A stretch of 64,000 bases of DNA from Macrostomum hystrix (Eukaryota; Animalia; Platyhelminthes). This document shows positions 37,975 through 51,057 of this stretch, in pieces. The stretch spans positions 2,790,001 through 2,854,000 of the forward strand of contig CATNEN010000031.1 in the NCBI GenBank assembly GCA_950097015.1, in the 5' to 3' direction. The notes beneath the pieces are model-generated. The model had not been told where the DNA came from. It was given only the letters and a program-made list of their open reading frames with translations, and did not search any database. Both the position numbers and the translations under genes were made by a program. Position 1 is the first letter of the stretch. Each line of letters begins with the position of its first letter.

Positions 37975-38600
37975 CGCATCTCATCCCTCCCTCTCTCATC
38001 TCTCCCCCGCCTCATTTCCCCCTTATTCTCATTTTTCTTTGTTGTATCCTCCCTCCCGGTCTCATCGCCGCATGCCTCACCTCCCCCAGTCTTATCTCCC
38101 CTGTCTCACCTGCCCTGTCTTATCTCCCGTCTCATCTCCCGTCTTATCTCCCGTCTCATCTCCTGTCTCACCTCCCCTGTCTCATCTCCCCTGTCTCATC
38201 TCCCCTGTCTCATCTCCCCTGTCTCATCTCTCCATGTCTCACCTCCCCTGTCTCATCTCCCCTGTCTCATCTTCCCTGTCTCATCTCCCCTGTCTCATCT
38301 TCCCTTTCTCATCTCCCCTGTCTCATCTCCCCTGTCTCATCTCCCCTGTCTCATCTTCCCTTTCTCATCTCCCCTGTCTCATCTCTCCATGTCTCACCTC
38401 CCCTGTCTCATCTCCCCTGTCTCATCTCCCCTGTCTTATCTCCCCTGTCTCATCTCCCCTGTCTCATCTCTCCATGTCTCACCTCCCCTGTCTCATCTCC
38501 CCTGTCTCATCTTCCCTTTCTCATCTCCCCTGTCTCATCTCCCTGTCTCATCTCCCCTGTCTCATCTCCCCTGTCTCATCTCCCCTGTCTCATCCCTCCT
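37975..38600. repeat. CT-rich minisatellite (CTCATCTCCCCTGT)n, related to the 24957-28281 satellite
   Basis: About 14-bp unit; explains ORFs 37890-38664. Confidence 0.92.
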
Positions 38601-40082
38601 TTGTCACATACTTGCTGGTGCTGATCTAAATTGGCGGATTGGAAAGGCCGCTGATTGTAACTAAAGACTCGTTGGCTTTACCCTTCTGAGTAATTGCAAC
38701 CCGACCCTAGTTGATGAGATTTCGGCGCCACTTGGTTACAAAACAGTTTCATTTGCAAAAAAACTAGAGAGAAAATTTGTTTGATGAAATCGCAAGCTCG
38801 ATGCCTTCACACACGTAAACCGCTACATTCTCGCGTATTTCATTCTCTCCGGCTTTGGCACCAATTTCAATTCTTTCTGGGGCTATAAGCAGCATCTGCG
38901 ACGGTTATACAGAAATATTGAAACACAAATAATTGTTCCTGTCTGTCCTGTATACTGAATAGTAGCGAAAGAAATTGTTTGCTAAACTGCGCACTGCAGA
39001 AGATCAACTAAAATGTAATGCTAAAAATTACAGAATGTTTTTCTGTCGACTTTCCTGCAGCAGCAAGTTGATTGCAACAGATTTGCTAGTATTTATGCCT
39101 CAGTTCAATTCTTGACTATACGAGCTAATTGATTCCTACGTCATTAGATGTTCATGTATTTCAGCTAGTTATGCCTGTTACTTTATAAATAAATTCAATT
39201 ACACTCGTAGATGGTAAAGCAGCAATGTAACAAAATCTAAAACGGCCATAAATGCCATTCGTCAATTACCATATTCTCACTTTTATTCGTAATGGGACAC
39301 TCCTGGGCACACCTAAAGTGATATTTACCAATTATTTGTTGCTATGGAAGTCGCAGTCGTTTATTATTAAAGCTTTAGACTATGCATGTATCGCATTGCA
39401 GTTGATTCTATTAATCCATTTTAACAAATTTGGCATTGTATTTGCTCACTAGACAGATAAGGGGCTTTTGTCTCACAAGTTCGCCTGGCTACAAGTTCTG
39501 TCCTCATTTCTTGTTGCTTTTTTAATTTCTATATTTTTTGCTACAAAATCTGCGCCCCGTCACTTTCTCTCTAGGGAATTTTTCGCCTCTTCTAGAATGT
39601 CGCCTAGCAACTGTGTTTGGCTGCTTCTACACTAAGAGTATCCACCTTTTTTACGTCGCAATTAAATTACTTCCTGGCTGTCTGTCTCAAGTTTGTTTTT
39701 AACAGGTTCCGGAGAATTGCCAAATATTGCTTTCAAGAATTGCACTTTTACAAAAGTGCAACAAACAGCAGAAATTTTTAGTACCTTCAAAATCAACGCT
39801 TCCAGAAGGACTAATAGAAAGTTCTTGACACTTGACTGTCTAAACACTGGGCCACTTCAGTTACCTGTCAATCAACGCTTACTGGGCCTAAAAACAATCC
39901 GATACATTGCCGACACGAGCCCCGTTTAAAGAGAAATTTCACGCGAGCCACTTGACCTTTTATTCGCGTTTCTAGGCCCTCTAAATGCGTGTCAATGTGT
40001 TGATTATCAGATTTGCACCAATGAATCACTAACTTCACGATTGTGCGACAAAAAGCACTCACCTGCACCGATCAGAGCGGCC

Positions 40083-40310
40083 AGCCAATCAGAGGCTTTG
40101 CTGGCGTCTCATTGGCTCGCACTGTGGAGTGAAGCTATTGGGACAGACAATAGTGGGGCATCCACTGGGAGGAGCTGAAATTCAATAATTGTCTGGCAAA
40201 CCCACAATCCCCCCAACCCCAAATGAATATTGGAGGTGAAGCAACTGTTCTGAGGTTGGTGCTAATTGCTGCGGTTGGCTGCGACCGGCCCCTTGCGGAT
40301 ATAAAGGGAG
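40083..40310 (+). promoter_or_regulatory. Probable core promoter of the Bax-like gene
   Basis: Two opposed CCAAT boxes (AGCCAATCAG at about 40084, CATTGGCTC at about 40110) and a TATA-like GATATAAAGG at about 40298, about 130 bp upstream of ATG 40428. Confidence 0.45.
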
Positions 40311-40427
40311 GACAGATTAATCTCCCAACACTCTCAGAGAACCACTTCCCCAGATCCAACAACTGCCTATTGTTTCAACCATCGGCTCCGAGACAGCTAG
40401 GCTAATTCACCTTGAAGTCTCGTCGAC

Positions 40428-43400
40428 ATGTCATCGAACGGATCCAACGCCAACCCGAGCCCGAAGCCGTCGTGTCTTCGACTGCGCATCGGAGGCGGCG
40501 CCGGAGCCAGCGGCAGCGGCGGCCGTCCTCCGACGAGACCGCGCCGGCCGCCACCGTCCGGCGTGACCTTCGTCGGTGTCGGGCCGGAGCTCCTTGGTCG
40601 AGACGCTTGGTCCAGGCGTCAGCCGGCTGACTCGACTAGCTCGATGCCGACCCTGCCGGAGGTGGAGGTCGACGATCCGACCCTGGCGGCTGGCCGGGTC
40701 GGTGCTCGCCTGCTCAACGACTTCGTGGCCAGCGAGATTGCGCGAATGCCGCAGCAGCCGATTGGGCTGGCCAGGCGGGCCGCCGAGCTGATGGAGATGC
40801 CGGATGCTGGGTGAGCTGGCACTGCTGTGCGCTGATGTGAAATCACACTGCCACTCTACCTCACTATCAAATGCTTCATCTTCACTCTACCCAAACACTA
40901 CCGAATTCTCTACCTTTCAACTACCCAATACTCTACCACTCTACCCAGTACTCAACGTCACAACCTACATCTCAAAATATACATCTGCCTCGACAAATCT
41001 AATTTAAAAGCGTAATTACGCACATTCCAGCCTGAGTCCTTCCAACAAGTTTAAATATTACTCGCAGTAGTAGTAGCGTGAATTCTCTAGAGTTTTTCTA
41101 TAGCAAAATTAATGCGACCATCGTCAACGCATTCGCAGGCGCGAGCAGTGGCGCCAGGCCGGCCAGGTGCTGCGAGATCTGGCCGACGAGTTCAACAGAT
41201 CCAGGGAGCGACAGCGGGTACGTCTGCAGGCTCGCAGGGTGAGTTGGACGGTCAGGTTGCCGGCACCTATCGAATCTCTATTCCTCTCTATTCTCTCCCT
41301 CACTCTATCAATCTCTCTCCCACTTTAACAATCTCTCCCTCACTCTATCAATCTCTCCCTCACTCTATCAATCTCACACTCACTCTATCAATCTCACACT
41401 CACTCTATCAATCGCACACTCACTCTATCAATCTCACACTCACTCTATCAATTTCACACTCACTCTATCAATCTCTCACTCACTCTATCAATCTCTCACT
41501 CACTCTATCAATCTCTCTCACACTTTATCAATCTCACACTCACTCTATCAATTTCACACTCACTCTATCAATCTCTCACTCACTCTATCAATCTCTCACT
41601 CACTCTATCAATCTCTCTCACACTTTATCAATCTCTCCCTCACTCTATCAATCTCTCCCTCACTCTATCAATCTCTACTTCGCTTCGCCAAACTCTCAGT
41701 GACAGATTTTACCATTCAGATACTAATTTTCCGACGTCACCATTTCACCCAGAATTTAAAGATTTTTTTGTTTAAAGAATCCGCTTAACAACTAGAATCC
41801 AATGGCTTTGAATTACATTCCCCCAGACAATGAGCTTCATTCCCCACAAAAAACTGACCAACCAGTTTGCTGGCACAAAAAGTAAAAACTGCTCATCGGC
41901 TTATCACCTTGTTGCTAAGGCAACACTTTCCTTGAATTTGAGGTATCTGTGCTAGCCTCACAGGCCTGGTTTTTGAGTCCACTCGGCACCACCTGCTCAG
42001 AGGTCGTTTAGTCGCCCCCCCGGTGACCCCAGAGCTGGTTTTTGAGTCCTGCTCACTTTTCTGTCTCCGAGAGTGTGTTTTTCTCCTTCTTTTTCTTAAC
42101 TCGCTCATTTCTCTGCCCTCCGAGCTTTTTCTATTATTCCAGGAATCTAGATACGGAGCTCTCAAACCCCCATAGCAGCCCCCTGGCAACCCGCGGCCCG
42201 GAACATTCGTGAACGATTTCCAAATCCGACCCTGACAACGGACCCGCGGCGGCGGTGTCAGCGATTTTTTCATGTTCGCTTTAAAAATGGAAAGAAAAAC
42301 TGCGGCCCCACTCGGTGACCTCAATGTGGGCATGAGCAGACAGGTCACGAAAGGCGTCCTTACTTCCACAATTCTATTTGTTTCCAAGTTTTTAACAATG
42401 CGCAACCGAAAATCTGTGCTATTTTTGTTTTCCTCTCTAACACTCGTAAACCTAGTCGTGGGTTAGTTGGCCTGTTGCCAGGTGGTTTCTGTGGCACGCC
42501 GTGGCCTGCTGTGTATTTGAAGCACAAGGTCAGCTATGCATCAAGATGAGCTCTGTGTGTGACCTCTAGACAGGTCGATTTCCGTGTCTCACTCGCATTG
42601 CATTCAAAATTAAAACCATAGATTATTAATAGATTAATCTAAATAATCCATTTCTAGACATTACAAGTATTTATGTCCCATAGAAAAAACTTCCAAACTC
42701 ATTTGAAACTAGTTTTTAAGGTTTTTGTTCGACTTTCGAAATATGAAACTCAAGTGGGACTCGAGTCCTGTCTGTCCTGTCCAGTGAAGTGTTACGCAAT
42801 TCCATGGTTGAGACCGATGAGAATCAGGGCCAAGAATTATTCATTCCCACTCTCAATTTGAAGTTTGATGCACAAAAAACTTGACTAGATATTGTTGACG
42901 GTTTAATCGAATGTTAGCTTTCAAAGTTGTTAAAAATGTATAAGTATTGAAGTGACATCCTCTGTAGATTTAGCAAATACTTCAATACTTTGACACTCTG
43001 CTATCGATTCCTAAGAGCAAACGGACCCCCTATGCCCAATCAGGTGCCAGTTGAGCACATCACGGCTGCCGATTTTCAAGCCCTCCTGTCCGAGTTGTTC
43101 TTCCGCGGCGGTGTCACACGCGAGCGAGTTGTGGTGCTGTTCTGCTTCTGCTCGGATGTGGCCATCAGGGGCCTCGTGGACCTGGGCTTCAACTGGTTCC
43201 GCCGCCTCATGGCCTGGTCACTGGCCTTCGTGCGTCACCGCGTTGCCTGCTGGGTCTCCCTGCAGGGCGGCTGGGTGAGTTTGCAGCCCTCCTCCCAGTC
43301 ACTCAGTGCAGGGGTCTTTGCCCCCTCCACCCAGTCACGCAGTGCAGGGGTCTTTGCCCCCTCCACCCAGTCACTCAGTGCAGGGGTCTTTGCCCCCTCA

Positions 43401-46400
43401 ACCCAGTCACTCAGTGTAGGGGTCTTTGCCCCCTCCACCCAGTCACTCAGTGCAGGCAGGGGTCTTTGCCCCCCTCCACCCAGTCACTCAGTGCAGGGGT
43501 CTTTGCCCCCTCCTCCCAAGGCGAAGGCGAGGTTGAGGGCGAGCCGAGGGGCGCGTCGGGTTAGAAGGGTGAGGCAGGCGCTCACCTGCTAATTGCAGGT
43601 GATTAGCAGGTAATAATTAGCAGGTAATAAGTCACTCAGTGCAGGGGTCTTTGCCCCCTCAACCCAGTCACTCAGTGTAGGGGTCTTTGCCCCCTCCACC
43701 CAGTCACTCAGTGTAGGGGTCTTTGCCCCCTCCACCCAGTCACTCAGTGCAGGCAGGGGTCTTTGCCCCCCTCCACCCAGTCACTCAGTGCAGGGGTCTT
43801 TGCCCCCTCCTCCCAAGGCGAAGGCGAGGTTGAGGGCGAGCCGAGGGGCGCGTCGGGTTAGAAGGGTGAGGCAGGCGCTCACCTGCTAATTGCAGGTGAT
43901 TAGCAGGTAATAATTAGCAGGTAATAAGTCACTCAGTGCAGGGGTCTTTGCCCCCTCAACCCAGTCACTCAGTGTAGGGGTCTTTGCCCCCTCCACCCAG
44001 TCACTCAGTGTAGGGGTCTTTGCCCCCTCAACCCAGTCACTCAGTGTAGGGGTCTTTGCCCCCTCCACCCAGTCACTCAGTGTAGGGGTCTTTGCCCCCT
44101 CCACCCAGTCACTCAGTGCAGTGGTCTTTGCCCCCTCCACCCAGTCACTCAGTGCAGGGGTCTTTGCCCCCTCCAGTCATTCATTCATTCCATTTCGTGA
44201 TTGATTTTAATGTTGTTCAATGTTCCGTTATTCTCAGAAGTATTTTTGTCTTAGAAATCCTTAGAAATCCTTAGAAATCCTTATTACGCGTTGTTGTATT
44301 TGTTCAAAGAAAAATAGCGACTTGACAAAAATCTAGAATGGGCATGCCAAAGTCATTTATCGGTGAAGGACCACTTTGGAATGTTTTTGTGTGAAATTTC
44401 GTGCAGCCAAAGATCGAAAGTGGGTCGACAATGCCATGGAAAAACTGTTCCGTCGAAAGCTGCACGCAAACAAAATTGTGTGCAACAATTTTTTAATTGC
44501 TCGTACTCGTATCGTGAATGTCATTGAGGCATTCTCATTGTGACACTTGAGCCACACTTGAGACATCTGCAGTGACACATGGCCCACTGCCCCTAATGCT
44601 CCCATGGCTGCCTTGCTGTCACTGCCTGTTCTAGACAGTCTAGCCCACTCTCATGCCTAATTTACCGACCGCAATCCATCATTCGGTCCGCACTCTTATT
44701 TGTACCTGTCTCCCTTCGCTAATTATAATCCTCTCTACCCGTCTACCTGCCTACCTGTCTCCCTCTCTACCTGTCTCCCTCTCTACCTGCCTCCCTCTCT
44801 ACCTGCCTCCCTCTCTACCTGTCTCCCTCTCTACCTGTCTCCCTCTCTACCTGTCTCCCTCTCTACCTGTCTCCCTCTCTACCTGTCTCCCTCTCTACCT
44901 GTCTCCATCTCTACCTATCTACCTGTCTCATCTCTACCTATCTACCTGTCTCATCTCTACCTATCTACCTGTCTCATCTCTACCTATCTACCTGTCTCAT
45001 CTCTACCTATCTACCTGTCTCATCTCTACCTATCTACCCGTCGCTTTGTTTTCATCTTAATCTCCACCTGTCTCGAGTGTCTCTATTTTACTGTCCAACA
45101 GAAACCTCAGAAGTTTAAAACTTGTTGCAAAATTTCGTATCTCTCTCCCCCCTAGATTAAAAGCGGCATCAATGGATTATAGGGATTAATGGATTCCGGC
45201 AAAGATCACTCGAAGCGGCTCAAGCGTGGCCTCGGAGTCTGGCACGCAATGAGAATAATTCGCCCTGGGGCAATACGATTTTTAGGGGAAAATATCCCCC
45301 CACCTAACCCATAATGCCGCTCATTTTATCCTCTCTATTTAGCTTGAGATAATTAGCCCAGCATGAGTGGGAGGGCTTGGCCAGAAATCTGAAGTTTGAG
45401 AAGCAACAATCTGTTCTGCTGTTTTCTCACCTCGGGGCTTCAAGAATTTCGAAATCAGAAATCTTTTTAGAGAGATTTATTTAAATAGATGGGAAGGCGT
45501 GCCGGGTTGGGTCCAATCCTCCACTTGACCGCCCAACCCACTGGCGCCGAGTTTTCGAAATGAATTTCTATGAACCTTCTACCATAAGAGAGGTCAGAAA
45601 TCTCTGACATCATGCGGGCAGTTGCGTCACGCCTCACCTAGGCCTGCAGGTCTGAGTTTTGCCTGTGAGTTTAAGAGAGATTCTCTTGCGCAACAATTTG
45701 GTCGGGGGGGATTTTTTTTTGGTGGTTAATGGGACAGACTGGGGGAATTGTGTCTGTTTTACTTTTGCTTACATTCAGCTTGCAGAAGCTGCGGGGGTCC
45801 TTGACTCAGTCCTAGTTATATTTTTCGAACTCGAACTAAGCGAGAATCGAGTTTTTGGTGTCATCTCCCACTGAGTTGCTGTTTGCTCACGCACCCCCCC
45901 TCCTTCCTAAATTGAATGCCTATATTTCGATAATATTTTGCTACGAAAATTTAGAAACAAATAAAATTCAAGGTGTCGATTACCGCCAAGAGTTGCTATG
46001 CGGTCGCCATGCCGTCTATTATCTTTCTATATGATCTCAGTGACTTCTCTCCCAGTCCGCCAAAGGAATGCTTGTCACCATGGTAATGAAATGCAATCCA
46101 TCCAGATTATCATCTCAATATGGAAGGCTTGGAAAAGATAATTAATTGCCTATTGCCTGAATAAAATAGAGAGGAATTTTCTTGCCTCTAGGAGAGCGGA
46201 AAAATGAAGCGAGCCAGCTGTGTCATAAATTAGCGAATGCAACAAAATATCAATTTGAGCATAGCAACTCGAGTAGAAATATTGGCTGGAGCAGTCAGTT
46301 GGCTTTAGGGAATTAATTCTCTGTTCAACATTGATGAAAACCCCTTGTCGAGTTTGGGATAAGTGCGATAAAGGGGAACTGAGGAAGTAAAATTACAGCT

Positions 46401-49400
46401 CTGCCCTCTCGGCTGGGTGGGATTTAGGCCGATCTGCTTGCTCAATTATTTGTTCCTCAAAGAGAAGGCCTGGGCGGTCTGACAGGCGATTCTAAGAAAC
46501 AGGAAGCAGCAGCGAGTAAAGAGGAGAGAGATTTTGCCTGAGCAGTGCGGAGGAGGTGGCGGGTTTGGTGATGGCTGAGTTGCTTCTGACTAGGATGGAA
46601 TCTTTGCCGAAAAATAATCCCCTCGGGGTTTGGAAAGAGAGACTGGGCGTCAACTGGCCTCTGGGTTGAGGTTAGCGGCCAGATATTTGTGTCAGAATTT
46701 CTGTCTGTCTCGCATTTCTCCAACTCTGGTCTCGGAGAGTTCTGTTTGACTTTGAGTGGATGAGAAATGTGGGAGAGTAGGGAAAGAAAATTGCAGGCAA
46801 ATTTTTTGTTTGAATATTTTCTCGGAGCTGGGGTAATAAAATGACAAAGAGGAAGCGAGAAACAGATGAGGGAATAATCCAGTTGGCCTATTCCCTGCTC
46901 CTCTCAACTCAAAGCGGCGAGTCCAGCTCGCCAGGACAGGTTGGCAATCCCTGCGATCGATAATTATAATACCACCGAGAGAATAGTAAAGACTTGTGAG
47001 AGTGGCAATCTACTATGCACAGTGTATATGGTTTTTAGCGTCGGCCTCTTATTTCTCCACTCAGAGGGCGTGGGGTGGGGCACACAGCTTTGCTTTCAGT
47101 GGAAATTTATATCAGTCTGTCCCTGCCTGGCTCTAGTCAGTTTCCGCTGATGAGATTAACGATGTGCCGAGAAAGATTCGTCGAGGGGAGGGGGTAGAAG
47201 GGAAAAACTAAAGAGGGAGAAAGCAGCTCTTGAGAGTTATTTTGCCAACCCCAGACGCAAGAAGATGAGAAAATGAGGGACCTATAGGGACGTTATATTG
47301 CTGGGGATGAAAGGGCGTTCGTGTTTAAGCTTATTCCCATTTTGGCCACAAGAATTGAGACAGAGAGAGAGATGGGGTGCGGTTCGCGTGACACTCGGCT
47401 AAGAGATGCAAATCAGCCCGCCAGAGAGGCCTCCCGCTCTCCCCTGCTCACTCAGACGTGCCGCATCAGTCAGTTCTCGTTTGAGCACCTCCTCCCCAAC
47501 TAGCCCCAGCTACTCCCGTGCAACTATGCGGTGAATTTGTTCAAGTCAAACAACCAGCGGTCGTCACTCTATAATCCCATCTTTCTCCCGGCGAGGAGAA
47601 ATTAACCACCGCCAATCTGATCCTCAACATCCCATCAAACAAAAAAATAGACTGCAATATAGCACAACAGGCGTTCCTCCCCCATATGGGGATCTGGCTA
47701 GCGGAATCGATGTGGATAAGGGGAGCGGAGAGGGGCGGGCAGGACCCAAAGCGGTCGAGCAAGCCAAGTGGAAGCGACAGAAAAAGTGTTCGCCGCAGCC
47801 AGAGATTAGGCAAATAATTTGAGTGGAAAAATTGCTGCTTTCGCAAAGCTTATAGAGAACTATGAAGACAATGTTGCTTATCGCCAGGGAAATTATCCCC
47901 AGAGATCCCATATTTCAGCACATCTCTTTTTTGTCATCAATTTGCTACCTGCTGGGTCTGGTGCGAGCGCGCAGATTTTTTCGGCTCATTGCCGAACCCA
48001 GTCGGCTTGGACCTCCCGTTGTCTTTGGCAGCCCTCCTCCTGGGAAACTCAGCGTGGCGGCGACCTCCGGTTTGAGATTTCAGTCGAGTCCCCCTTAACC
48101 TGCCCGCACCTCTTCTGCCTGAAGATCTGAAGATCCGCTAGGGCGGATAATATTTGCCCTCAATTGTGCGATTGGGGATTAAGTTTCGCCTGACAATCTG
48201 GCGCGATGATTTTCTGCGGACCTCCGCTACCGATGGAGCCTCGGTTGGGAAACGGAAGATGGAAATGGGATCATATTGGGCCGGTGTTTCAGTACTGTAA
48301 CAATCACAGAATAGGATTGGAACATTATTTTTGTAGCCTTTTTATTTATTTAGTGGGGCGACAGTGCGTGCAATTTTGAAAAATACACCTGAGACTTCAA
48401 TAGATTTGATAGGAAACATCTAAATTGAAAGGTTTAATGATTTCACAGACTTGTCAGTTAGACCTATTGCCAAGACAAACCAGAATTAAAGCTAAAATGT
48501 GTAAATAGCTATGACACCACTAGCAATTTCATTCAGTCCATGGACTGGGGGTTAAGTGTAATTCTAAAATAATTCATAAATAATTGAAACGATAAGCAGG
48601 ATTAACAAATAGAGTTATTTATCTGGGAATTGTCTAGCGGAATGCGATTGAATCTGGGATCAGACAATCGCATGTGTTTGCTGTGACGACTGGCCACTCA
48701 TTTGAGACCGTTTAACAGCGAATTCGTGTGTGTTGCGTCACGCTCAAATGTTAATAAAAGCCAAATAGAAGCGAAAGAGCTGAGAAAGTGGCTCTCGAAC
48801 ACCCACAGGTTGCATCACCGACCCCCAGCATCCGCTCGCGCCTCCCTTCCTCCACTTCTCCTGTCTGTTTGTCGGCGCTTTAAAACAAACCCGGCCAGCG
48901 ATTGCGCCACCGACCCATGCCTGACACACTCCGGCTGGGAGTCAGTGGGGGGGGTCGATTGTGTGCCGATCCCCGAAGACTTGAGACCACTTCCTCACTT
49001 TCTCTCACCTTTTTTGTCTAGATAATTTAATCCTCGATGGTTTAAAGTCAGCAATTAAAACATCCGGCCAGAACAGGACTTGATTGGGGAGTTTTTGCAA
49101 GGGGAAGTTGCGCCATCTCCGTCAAATTTAGTGCCCCAAATCCCGACTTTATCAAGTCGAGCTTTTTATTAGCAAATGCGATCGAATTTAAGCAATCCGG
49201 AGTTGACACGTGCGCTAAGCCGCTGCCATTGTCAGTAATTATGTTTTCCTCATGTAGGGATTTCTCTATAGTCTTTTATCGCCCTTCAACCAAGATGCTA
49301 AGTCTCTGTTTTTTTGTCTCCAGGCGACACGTGTGCGCCGGGGATAATTGGGAATAAAATCCCAGAACCGAAGTCTAATCTGTTTCACTCCGGCCGAAAT

Positions 49401-50305
49401 CAACGAAATCCCACTCGCCAAAGCACTTGAGGATATTTTCCCCTTGGCTTTGGATTGAAGTGGGTGTAAGTCAGCCTCCAAATCCCTTCTGTTCTCCCCC
49501 GATCCAGATTCCAAGAAATACAGGACATGGGATAATTAACCGGCCGCTTCCGCTCGACTTCCGAAATCCCTCCTCTCCTTCGCGGGAGACACGCGAGGTG
49601 CCATGTAGGTGGAATTTGGGATCAGAACTGGAGGGCGCGGATTAGCGAAGGATTGAAAATTATCCCCGCTAAGAAATCACTCCTTCGCGTGTCGCTCACC
49701 AGCTCAATAGTTTTTGGAAGCAAACTTTTCCCCAATTAACTTTAGAAGTGATCTGTCAATGCCACCTGTTTTACTTTTCGTCCGAGCTCAAGACGTTTAA
49801 ATTCAATGAATTTGCTCCAATAAGTAACGAAATAGTGAACTTGCATGTCGCTACTTTTCTAGTAGTAACGCTAGCGGTATTTCGTTAGTTTTTTAGTACG
49901 GACGACTTCAATAAATCGTTACTTTTTTAGTCAAAATCCGTCAAAAATAATACTTTTATTTGATTGCAGTAACTCCGTATTTTTTTGTTTCCATAGTAAC
50001 ACGTTTAGTATTTCGTTGCTTTTACAGTAGCATTACTTACTAATCGTCATTTTTCTAGTAACTGTTATTTCGTTACTTTAAACGTATACCCGATTTCCGG
50101 TAAAATGTAGAATAAGTGACAAAAATGTATCGTACTTTTTAGGACTGATTTGATAATCCCCAATCTGTGATCCCATTATCCCCTCCCACAGCTGGCCGCC
50201 CTCAGCCGCAGTCCGCCTCGGCTGGTCAGCGGCGTGGCCGCGGTGGCCGCCGCCTCCCTGCTAGGCCTGGCCGCCTACCGGATTCTGCGCTCCGTGTTCA
50301 ACTGA
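40428..50305 (+). CDS. Multi-domain Bcl-2 family apoptosis regulator (Bax/Bak-like), about 275 aa, 4 coding exons
   Basis: Exons 40428-40810 (GG|gtgagc), 41139-41238 (BH3-like LRDLADEF; AGG|gtgagt), 43044-43274 (BH1-like ELFFRGGVTRERVVVLF, BH2-like WVSLQGGW|gtgagt) and 50192-50305 (tail anchor VSGVAAVAAASLLGLAAYRIL). All phases are consistent. Exon 4 is not in the ORF track. Confidence 0.85.
41290..41676. repeat. Tandem array, 20-bp unit (CACTCTATCAATCTCACACT), in Bax-like intron 2
   Basis: 20-bp periodicity starting about 50 bp after the donor. Confidence 0.93.
43285..44175. repeat. Tandem array, about 36-bp unit (CCACCCAGTCACTCAGTGCAGGGGTCTTTGCCCCCT), with two copies of an about 120-bp non-repeat spacer
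   Basis: Starts about 10 bp after the Bax-like exon 3 donor; the spacer at about 43510-43630 is duplicated at about 43810-43928. Confidence 0.92.
44735..45038. repeat. CT-rich minisatellites (CTCTCTACCTGTCTCC)n then (CTCTACCTATCTACCTGTCTCAT)n
   Basis: Visible arrays; explain ORFs 44653-45155. Confidence 0.9.
45300..48200 (+). pseudogene. Possible decayed non-LTR retrotransposon remnant in Bax-like intron 3
   Basis: RT-like fragments in colinear order but broken frames: ...GVLDSV (~45800), SLFNIDE (~46320), FEYFLG (~46810), VFKLIPIL (~47320). Weak. Confidence 0.3.
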
Positions 50306-51057
50306 ATGAAATAGCGAATTAAATAAAATTGACGCGCATGCGCTGCATATGCTACTGTTCTACTAGTTGTAAGTAGCAATATTCGAGCACAGAGTGGCAT
50401 ATTTTCTAATGTTTGTTTTCTTATCTGTTACAATTCCTGCCAATTTTGAATCTCCTTTTAAAAGGGACAAAATTGTCGAAATTTGCTGACCTCGACGAAT
50501 TTGAAAGAAATGGTTTTAAATAATTGTTGGAATTTTTTCCTGAATAAAATATAATTCTTGAATGTTGCAAACTTTTTTCTTGTAAAATTGGTTTTATTGA
50601 TTTTCAATAGATTATTGTATAGTTTTTTTAACACACTCTCCTCATTTCTAAAGCAAAATTTTAGAAACAAATTTTTCCTGACAAATCCAGTTGTTCTTTA
50701 GGACGCTTCTGAAGTACACAATCTGTAAATAGTCTTTGTTTTATCAGCTGATTTCTAACTGATTATGCAATATTTATTTTAATTTGTTTAGTCACTCATG
50801 ACAATTCAACGAGAAAGTTCTGTAAATCTCCCTTACTGATGACACGTTTTGGTTTGCTTTTTTTATTAATTTTTGCTTTTCTTTGTTTTACTCAAGAAGT
50901 GTTTATTATGCAAAACTGAATTTTTATTGATGAACGATGGGCCGGCTTTTGCTTTTAAACAGCTGTGTAAATAAACCGAGCGAATTTTCAGCATTCTTGA
51001 TTCTCATCTTATTGATTGACATTCGTGGTGCTTTTCTCGTTCAGATGTCTGACAGAT

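Noticed and set aside
48684-48930. Possible solo LTR starting TGTGACG
   Set aside because: No matching inverted terminus with a TSD found.
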